Assembly: GCA_045639255.1 (NCBI GenBank)
Contig: JAZUCT010000011.1
Span: 14,357-78,356, forward strand
DNA from: Clostridia bacterium
GTDB taxonomy: Bacteria > Bacillota > Clostridia > Christensenellales > UBA1242
DNA length: 64,000 nt
Direction of reading: 5' to 3'
Of the stretch, positions 28,250 through 35,312 are shown piece by piece (within the stretch, counting starts at the first letter, position 1; every line of letters begins with the position of its first letter). A program made the position numbers and the translations under genes. A model generated the notes under the pieces. It saw only the letters and a list, made by a program, of their open reading frames with translations. It ran no database searches and was not told where the DNA came from.

Positions 28250-28567
28250 TTAAAACATACCATTCAAACCTGATGGCATTCCTCCCATTGTTTCTTGTTG
28301 AGTTTCTTTCAAGGTTGAAATTGCATCGTTATAAGCGGCAATAATCATATCTTCCAGCATTTCTGTATCGTCTGGGTCCACAATTTTAGGGTCGATTTTA
28401 AGTTGTTCAATTTCATACTTGCCGCTAACTTGAATGGTTACAAGCCCATTGCCAGAAACACCTTCAAAAACAGTTTCTTCAAGTTCTTGTTGTGCTTTTT
28501 CCATTTGTTCTTTCATTGCTTGCGCTTGTTTCATTAAGTTTTGCATATTAAAATTATTCATTGCCAT
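28250..28567 (-). CDS. ybaB: Nucleoid-associated protein YbaB/EbfC
   Basis: 105 aa. MQNLMKQAQAMKEQMEKAQQEL... and the conserved dnaX-ybaB-recR order. Confidence 0.9.
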   Translation of the reverse strand: MAMNNFNMQNLMKQAQAMKEQMEKAQQELEETVFEGVSGNGLVTIQVSGKYEIEQLKIDPKIVDPDDTEMLEDMIIAAYNDAISTLKETQQETMGGMPSGLNGMF

Positions 28568-28571
28568 ATTT

Positions 28572-30091
28572 TTATTCCTTTTTTATTATAAGTTTATTTC
28601 CAAATAATCGTTTTAAAACCTGCAATTTTTTATTTTTTTCGGTTTTTTGGTCTGTTTCAATTAATATATCATGGTTTGGCAGATATTTTGAAACAATATT
28701 TTGCAAAGTTTTAAGGTTTTCTGGCACTTCCATAAGATTTTTATTGCTTTCACCAGCAAAAATTATGAACTTATTGTTTTCAATTTTCACTTCGGTAACT
28801 TCACCACAAGCAACAAACAAAATGCCAGTTTTATTGTTTCTAAGTTCGGTTATCACCTTGCCCCACACTGAATTAGGTGAAACTTGTGAACTTTGTTTTG
28901 GCAAAGCGGGGCTTTGCTTTGCCTTTATTCGTTTTTTAGTATGTCTGCAATTTGTTGTTCAATTTTGTTAAAGCGATTTTCAATATCTTGCAAATTAAAG
29001 TTATTTTCGGTTAAAATTGCTTCCAAACTTATTGTTTCAAAAGCAATTCGTGGATTGCTTGCAAATTTTAAAGTTTGCTCGGCATTGCCAAACTTTTCAA
29101 GGCAAGAAAGCAATTTTGAAACGCTTGCAGTTTTTGCTTGCTGTTGCATTTTTTCAAAAACATCGGCTGGCAGGTTAAGAAGCAAGTTTGCATTTTCGCA
29201 ACTGTTAATAAGCACCAAATCTCTGAAATGATTGGTTAAATCACGGTTTAACATATTAACACTTTTTCCGCCCGATAGAATTTCGGTAAGAAGTGTTATA
29301 TAAGCATTAACATTTTTGTTTAAAATATATCCAACAAGTGAAATTAAAGTTTCTTTGCTGGCAGATCCCAACACTTGCAAGGTTTTTGAAAAAGTTACAT
29401 TGTTTGCACAGTAACTTGCACACATATCGGCAACTGAAAGTGCATCACGCACACTGCCTTCGCCCGCTTTTGCAATAAGGTCAAGGGCAGGTTCTTCATA
29501 ACTTATTCCGCTTTCGGCATAAACTTTGCCAATGTGTTTTGCAAGTTCAACATAATCCACCAATCTGAAATCAAACCTCATGCAACGGCTTAAAATTGTT
29601 GCAGGAAGTTTTTGAACTTCGGTGGTTGCCAAAATGAAAACTGCGTGTGCAGGTGGTTCTTCCAAAGTTTTTAAAAGTGCGTTAAATGCACTGTCGGTTA
29701 GCATATGAACTTCATCGATTATATAAACTTTATATTTGCCAACAACTGGTGCATATTTAACTTTTTCCCTTATTTCCCTGATTTCATCAACACGGTTATT
29801 GCTGGCAGCATCAATTTCCAAAATATCCATATTTGCTGGGTTAGAAAGTGCTTTGCAGGCTTCACATTCAAGGCAAGGTGAACCGTTAACCGAATGCAAG
29901 CAATTAATGGCTTTTGCAAAAATTTTTGCGCAAGAAGTTTTGCCTGTTCCCCTTGTTCCAGTGAATAAATAAGCATGGCTTATTGCATTGTTTTTAATTT
30001 GGTTTTGCAATGTTGTTGTTATGTGATTTTGCCCCACAACTTCTTCAAAAGTTTTTGGGCGATATTTTCTGTAAAGTGCCAAATAACTCAT
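28572..30091 (-). CDS. dnaX: DNA polymerase III tau/gamma (DnaX). Two frames joined by a putative -1 frameshift at 28937..28931
   Basis: ORF1 (28925..30091; start ATG 30091 after AAAGGAAG) carries the AAA+ clamp-loader domains (GTRGTGKTS, zinc module CxxCxxC, DEVHML, SRC). ORF2 (28572..28904, open upstream in the -1 frame) has the pattern I associate with the DnaX C-terminal domain (VWGKVITELRNN...). The frames meet at A_AAA_AAC. Confidence 0.8.
28900..28937 (-). promoter_or_regulatory. Candidate -1 programmed ribosomal frameshift signal in dnaX
   Basis: The minus strand reads CTA_AAA_AAC GAA TAA. The heptamer A AAA AAC is at 28937-28931, followed by a 7-nt spacer and the hairpin GGCAAAGC-AAAGCCCC-GCTTTGCC (28923-28900). 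Confidence 0.6.
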
Positions 30092-30204
30092 ATAATGCTT
30101 CCTTTTAAATTTCAAAAAATATTATATCATTTTTGCATTTATTTAGCAAATAAATATGTTGGGCAAACAAACAAAAAAGTTGATAAAAATATCAACTTAA
30201 TTGT

Positions 30205-30459
30205 TTATTTTTTTCCATCTTGTTTAAGTGAATTTTCAAGTTGTTTAATTTTATCAAAGTTTTCTTGCATTTTGGAAAGCAAAATTTCACTTTCAAGTTC
30301 TAGGGCAAGCACTTGTTTATCGAATTCAACAATATTTCTATCTTGCTTAACTTTTTGCAAAACATCGTTTCGTTTTTGTTTAAGTTCGTTTAACTGCAAA
30401 ATAAGTTTTTGTTGAATATCCAATGCTTTTTCATATTCTTTAAATTGTTCTTTATTCAT
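30205..30459 (-). CDS. Small coiled-coil protein, unknown function
   Basis: 84 aa, heptad-rich and K/E/Q/L-rich, with no recognisable motif. Lies 4 nt downstream of the LRR paralog. Confidence 0.4.
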   Translation of the reverse strand: MNKEQFKEYEKALDIQQKLILQLNELKQKRNDVLQKVKQDRNIVEFDKQVLALELESEILLSKMQENFDKIKQLENSLKQDGKK

Positions 30460-30463
30460 ATTG

Positions 30464-33403
30464 TTACCTCTCTAACTCGTCACTTTTATAAACAACATAT
30501 TGGTTATCAAAACTATCCCCCGCATAACCTTTGCCATCTAAATCATACGATCCATAGTTAATTGGCTTATACACTTTGCTTTTTTTGTTATATTTCAAAA
30601 TAACACTTGTTAAATCGTTTCTGCCCATTCCAACAGTTATTATTTTAAGCGGTTTTTTGTTTTCTTGGTTATATTGTTCCATAAATGCCCTTGCACCAAG
30701 CATAAACTTTTCATAAATTTCTTCTTCATCGTTTTCATAAATGTTAAAGTTGCAAACTTCAACATTGTTAAACACTGCATAACCTTGTTCTTTGTTAACA
30801 TAAAGGGTGGATTTTGCAATAATGGTTCCTTTATTGTTTCTTATAACCAAATTTTGCACGCTTGGGTGAATAATGCTGGCACTCATAATGCCTGCGCCCA
30901 TACCTTCAAGGTGTGCACAGCAGTTGCAAAGCTTGCCCAAAACAAAGTTGAGTGGGTCGGCTTTGTTTAACCATTCAAAAGTGAAGTTTTCTGCCGTGTT
31001 AACAGCGCTGTTAACTGAATTGAAACAAAAATTTTCGCATTTGTTAAGGTTTGAATCAAGTTTGCTAAGTTTATTCAAATAAATATCTTCATTAAGTGGT
31101 GAAGACAAAATGTTATCCTTAATTTTTTCTTTAAAGTTAATATATTTTTTATGTTTTTTTATTTCTTTAAGGTTGCCCGATTCAATGGCTGCAAGAACTT
31201 CATACATTTTAATAAGGCTCAAATTATTTTTCAGTTCATAACCCATTTTGTTGGCATTAATTATTCTTGCATTATTAAATGCCCTTTGTGAATCGTCAGC
31301 AGCAAAATATTTAAGCACAACTTTTGCAATATGTTGGTTGTGTTCGTTAACCCCAATAAGTTGCCTTAATGCATAGTTATAGAAATGTTCAACCGTTGGT
31401 TTAAGTTGGCGTTGCGAACCTTTATTGCTGGTGTTAGATTCTTGAATTTCTTCAAAGTTGTTATAACTTCTTGAAATAAAGCCTGTAACTTCTTTTTCCG
31501 CTTTCCACATTTCATCAAAAATATATGTGTGCTTATCCTTTTTGGAAATCAAGAAGTCTGTGAATTCTTTTTTAAATCCATAAATTTTCATATCCTTAAA
31601 TGCATCAACCAAATCTTCAACGGTTATATTTCTGTTGGTTAAAATAAAGGTTAAAAATTCTGAAATTTTTTGGTCGTAACTTATTTGCGTAACTTTTCCG
31701 CTTGCCGATTTGGTTTCATATGTTAAATTTTGAAAACCACCAAGATTATAGAAAAGCACACTTAAAAATTCCTTATCAAAACTGCCAAGCGCATACATAT
31801 TATCGAACTTCTTTTTAAGGGTTGCAATGAATTTATCGAACCAATCGAAGTTTAACAAATTAATAAATTCAACAAAACTTTTGCTTTGGTTGAGATGTTC
31901 TTTTGGAATAAAAATTAAGGAATTAACATAATCAATGTTTTTAATAATTTTTTGAAGATTTGAGTTGTTCCAATTGTTTAAAAAATCGAAAATAGTGCAA
32001 TTATAAGCGGTGTTTAATCTTTCTTGTGCTAAATTAATTTTTTCGAAATTTTTTAAACCAATTTTTTCATAATTTTCCCTGAACTGCATATCGTTCCAAT
32101 TTCTTAAAAAGAAATTTGCAAACCCGCTTCCCCTTACTTCAACATAATCGTTGCTTATTATTTTATTTGAAGTGAAAAACTTGTCGCCAATTTTACAAAT
32201 ATATTTTAATGCGCCACCTTTTTCAATGTTGCAAGTTGGCGAAATTTCAAAATAATCAAGTTTATGGCTATCTTCAAATGCATTTTCTTGAATGTTATAA
32301 AGGTTTGTTGGCATATTAATAATTTTTTCAATGTTAAAACAACAGTTGAAACAATCTTCTTCAATAAGTTTAAGGTTTGAACCTTCTTCAAATTCAACAG
32401 TTTTAAGTTTTTTGCAAATAAAAAATAATGATTTTGAAAGTGATGTTGCTTTGTTTGGAATTATAACACTTTCAAGGTTTGAACAAAGTCTAAAAACTTC
32501 GTTTGAAAAAGTGAAACTGTTTTCAAGTTTTGAAATGTTTACAGTTTTTAAGTTTGTGCAAGTATCAAAAGCATTGTTTTCAATTCTTTCAAGTTCGCCA
32601 GAAATGTTAACGCTTTCAATGTTTGATTCTGCAAAAGCAAACGAACCAATTTGTTTAAGTTTTTTAGAAAACTGAACTTCTGTTAAACTTTTACAACTGT
32701 AAAAAGCATTTTCGTTAATAAAAGTTACTTGCGATAAATCTGCACTTTTCAAACTTTCACACATTTTAAAACAATCAATGCCAACATAGTTAACAGAACT
32801 TAAATTTTCAAGTTCTTCAAGGTTAACACAATTTTTAAAGCAATCGTTTTCAAGTTTAATGCCTTCACTGAATTCAAGCCCATTTTTTAAAGCAAATTCT
32901 TGTTTTTGGTTTTGCGTTTTAAATTGAACCTGTTTTAAATTTTTGCAACCAAAAAATGCACCGCATTTTATTTGGTTAAGCATTTCAGGCAATGTTATTT
33001 GTTCCAAACCGCAATTATAAAAAACATGTTCTTCAATAACTTTCATTGTGCTTGGCAGTTGAATTGATTTAAGATTTGCACAATCTGCAAAAGCAAACTC
33101 GTTAATAAGTTTAACTGTTTTTGGCAAAACAACTTCTTGCAAACTTTTGCAATAATTAAAAGCATACTTGCCAATTTCAAGTTCAGGGTTTTTAAAAACA
33201 ACTTTTTTTACAGGCGAAAACGAAAATGCTTTGTTGTTAAGCGAAACATTTTCAGGAACTTCAATTTCAAATTCTTGTTGGCAATTTTCAAAAGCATTTG
33301 AGCCAATAAATCTTACCCCTTTCCAAAACTTTTCAGGATTTTTTGAAAGCAGTTTTAAATCGGCATCGGTAACTTTTAAAAGAACACCATTTTTCTTTTT
33401 CAT
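30464..33403 (-). CDS. Large BspA-type leucine-rich-repeat (LRR_5) protein with an unrecognised conserved C-terminal region, paralog 1
   Basis: 979 aa with no signal peptide. The N-terminal ~400 aa consists of repeats of the form AF.nC.sL..i.lP..v..I...aF. The C-terminal half is collinear with 35313..38189 (GSQRQLKPTVEHFYN; FEWLNKADPLNFVLGKLCNCCAHLEG). Confidence 0.65.
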   Translation of the reverse strand: MKKKNGVLLKVTDADLKLLSKNPEKFWKGVRFIGSNAFENCQQEFEIEVPENVSLNNKAFSFSPVKKVVFKNPELEIGKYAFNYCKSLQEVVLPKTVKLINEFAFADCANLKSIQLPSTMKVIEEHVFYNCGLEQITLPEMLNQIKCGAFFGCKNLKQVQFKTQNQKQEFALKNGLEFSEGIKLENDCFKNCVNLEELENLSSVNYVGIDCFKMCESLKSADLSQVTFINENAFYSCKSLTEVQFSKKLKQIGSFAFAESNIESVNISGELERIENNAFDTCTNLKTVNISKLENSFTFSNEVFRLCSNLESVIIPNKATSLSKSLFFICKKLKTVEFEEGSNLKLIEEDCFNCCFNIEKIINMPTNLYNIQENAFEDSHKLDYFEISPTCNIEKGGALKYICKIGDKFFTSNKIISNDYVEVRGSGFANFFLRNWNDMQFRENYEKIGLKNFEKINLAQERLNTAYNCTIFDFLNNWNNSNLQKIIKNIDYVNSLIFIPKEHLNQSKSFVEFINLLNFDWFDKFIATLKKKFDNMYALGSFDKEFLSVLFYNLGGFQNLTYETKSASGKVTQISYDQKISEFLTFILTNRNITVEDLVDAFKDMKIYGFKKEFTDFLISKKDKHTYIFDEMWKAEKEVTGFISRSYNNFEEIQESNTSNKGSQRQLKPTVEHFYNYALRQLIGVNEHNQHIAKVVLKYFAADDSQRAFNNARIINANKMGYELKNNLSLIKMYEVLAAIESGNLKEIKKHKKYINFKEKIKDNILSSPLNEDIYLNKLSKLDSNLNKCENFCFNSVNSAVNTAENFTFEWLNKADPLNFVLGKLCNCCAHLEGMGAGIMSASIIHPSVQNLVIRNNKGTIIAKSTLYVNKEQGYAVFNNVEVCNFNIYENDEEEIYEKFMLGARAFMEQYNQENKKPLKIITVGMGRNDLTSVILKYNKKSKVYKPINYGSYDLDGKGYAGDSFDNQYVVYKSDELER

Positions 33404-33474
33404 ATTTTAACTCCGTTAATATTATAAAACACCATTAAGTTAAAGTCAATATCCACTTTGTTTTATTGATATAA

Positions 33475-34077
33475 CTAAAACAAACTTTTTAAAAAACTTA
33501 GTTTTTGTTTTATGCGTGAAATGCTGTTATAAACACTTTTTGGTGTGGTGTTTAAAACAGAAGATATTTCTGAAATTGAAACACCTTCAATATATAAATT
33601 AAAAACTTTTTGTTCGGCCTTTGAAAGTTTTTGTTTAATGTTTTCTAAAATTTCTTGTGCCTGACTTTTTGAAATATATTCTTCTTCTGGTGAATTATCG
33701 CTTGAAGGCAACACAACAAATTGCGGGGTGTTGTTTTCTTGCATAATTTTAACTTTACCATCTTCGGTAACTTCCATAAACTCGTTAAGTGGTAAGTTTT
33801 TAAGGCGGTTTGCACTTTTAACTGCATCTTGAATGTTTCGTTCAATGCACAAAGTTGCAAAAGTTTTAAAACTGCAATTTTGCTGTGCCGAAAAATGCGT
33901 GATTGCACTGAAAAGCCCTATCATGCCTTCCTGAATTAAATCGTCAATTGTGCCACCAACAAGAAAATATCTGCGGGCAATTTTGTTAACAAGTTGCTTG
34001 TTATCTTCCAGCAAAAAGGCAATTTCTTGCTGAGTTAAGCAATCGAAATTTAAATTTTCATACTTAAAATTGTTCAT
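33475..34077 (-). CDS. sigH: RNA polymerase sigma factor SigH-like (sigma-70 family)
   Basis: 200 aa. ...RRYFLVGGTIDDLIQEGMIGLFSAITHF...SFKTFATLCIERNIQDAVKSANRLKNLPLN parallels B. subtilis SigH. The context mrnC-rlmB-sigH is conserved in Firmicutes. Confidence 0.8.
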   Translation of the reverse strand: MNNFKYENLNFDCLTQQEIAFLLEDNKQLVNKIARRYFLVGGTIDDLIQEGMIGLFSAITHFSAQQNCSFKTFATLCIERNIQDAVKSANRLKNLPLNEFMEVTEDGKVKIMQENNTPQFVVLPSSDNSPEEEYISKSQAQEILENIKQKLSKAEQKVFNLYIEGVSISEISSVLNTTPKSVYNSISRIKQKLSFLKSLF

Positions 34078-34080
34078 AGC

Positions 34081-34803
34081 CTAACACCTTTGCCTGTTTG
34101 CTTCAAACACCGCCACCCCACAAGCAACGCTTGCGTTAAGGCTGTTAACTTTGCCTTGCATTGGAAGTGTTAACACTGCATCGCACAAGTTTTTTGTAAG
34201 TTTTGAAACACCAAAACCTTCACTTCCAACAACAATTGCAATTGCACCTGTTAGGTTTTGTGAATAAATGTTTTCGCCACCAAGTTCAAGGGCATAAACC
34301 CAAACATTTTGTTGTTTCAAACTTTCAATTGCATTGTTAAGGTTTGTTACCCTTGCAATTTTAACATGGTTAATTGCACCAGCACTTGTTCGGCTTACGG
34401 TTTCTGTTACACCAACACTGCGGTGTTTTGGAATAATTATGCCATCAACATTTGCACATTCGCAAACACGAATAATGCTTCCAAAATTGTGCGGATCTTG
34501 AATTCCATCAAGAATAACAATAAATGGTGGTTTGTTTTTTTGTTTTGCGTTTTGCAAAATATCTTCCACTTCGCAATAATCAAATTCTTGTGTGAATGCA
34601 ATAAAATTTTGGTGGTGTTTTGTTTTGGATTTGCTATCAAGCACCGATTTTGAAACATATTGAATGTTCACTTTTTGTTCCCTTGCCATTCTTAAAATGC
34701 GGGCACTCATGTTATCGGTGGGATTTGCAACTGTTAAAATTTTATCCAATTCCCTTTTTGCTGAAAGTGCTTCGAAAACACTGTTTTTTCCTTCAAGTTG
34801 CAT
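34081..34803 (-). CDS. rlmB: TrmH-family 23S rRNA 2'-O-methyltransferase (RlmB/YacO)
   Basis: 240 aa. SpoU motifs ILDGIQDPHNFGSIIR, IVVGSEGFGVS and SLNASVACGV. Confidence 0.85.
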   Translation of the reverse strand: MQLEGKNSVFEALSAKRELDKILTVANPTDNMSARILRMAREQKVNIQYVSKSVLDSKSKTKHHQNFIAFTQEFDYCEVEDILQNAKQKNKPPFIVILDGIQDPHNFGSIIRVCECANVDGIIIPKHRSVGVTETVSRTSAGAINHVKIARVTNLNNAIESLKQQNVWVYALELGGENIYSQNLTGAIAIVVGSEGFGVSKLTKNLCDAVLTLPMQGKVNSLNASVACGVAVFEANRQRC

Positions 34804-35207
34804 TAAAAATTCTCCTTAAACAAAATTTCAAAAATTTCTTCAATTCGTGTGTTTTGATTTGAAATATATAAATAACCAATAAGTGCTTCAAATCCCGTTG
34901 CGTTCTTATAATCTTGAAGTGAACTGTGTTTTGCTTTGTTGTTGGTTTTATAGTTAACTGCACGACGAACCACATCTTGTTCTTCTTGTGTTAAATGTGG
35001 TGTTAAATTTTTAATCATTTCACATTGTGCGCTTGCTTTAACAAAAGTGTTTGCTGTTTTGTGAAGTGCGTTTGTTTTTTGGTTGCCTTTTGAAACAAGC
35101 CTGCTTCGAACATAAACCGAAAACACTGCATCGCCAACAAAAGCAAGTTCTTGGCTGTTAATAAGGCTTGCTTGAAATGGCGAAAAATTTTTAAATTGTT
35201 CAAACAT
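34803..35207 (-). CDS. mrnC: Mini-ribonuclease III
   Basis: 134 aa. LAFVGDAVFSVYVR RNase III signature and small size. Its stop overlaps the rlmB start. Confidence 0.8.
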   Translation of the reverse strand: MFEQFKNFSPFQASLINSQELAFVGDAVFSVYVRSRLVSKGNQKTNALHKTANTFVKASAQCEMIKNLTPHLTQEEQDVVRRAVNYKTNNKAKHSSLQDYKNATGFEALIGYLYISNQNTRIEEIFEILFKENF

Positions 35208-35312
35208 AATTAAATATTTCCTTTAATAATTAATTATAGCATTTAACTTAACAAAACGCAACCTTAAAAATTTAACAAAAAACAAGGCAATGCCTTGTTT
35301 TAAATTTATAAT

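Noticed and set aside
28572-28904. Treating the 110-aa ORF after dnaX as an independent gene starting at TTG 28904
   Set aside because: There is no RBS. The -1 frame is open upstream through the dnaX stop. The sequence looks like the missing DnaX C-terminal domain. A frame junction at a slippery heptamer is a better explanation, although a sequencing indel is not excluded.
30116-30204. SRP (4.5S/scRNA) gene, which often lies upstream of dnaX in Firmicutes
   Set aside because: The interval is only about 90 nt, AT-rich, and lacks the conserved SRP domain IV helix motif.
26571-30415. Plus-strand ORFs 26571..26888, 28561..28971, 28893..29231 and 29975..30415
   Set aside because: All lie antisense to well-supported minus-strand genes (rpsF, ybaB/dnaX). 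They are Phe/Ser/Leu-rich shadow frames without an RBS.
30873-31082. Similar antisense ORFs in both LRR paralogs (30873..31082 and 35722..36003, both containing PSRCAQQLQSLP.TKLSGSAL)
   Set aside because: Their similarity is a by-product of nucleotide conservation of the sense-strand CNCCAHLEG block. There are no start or RBS signals, so they are not independent genes.
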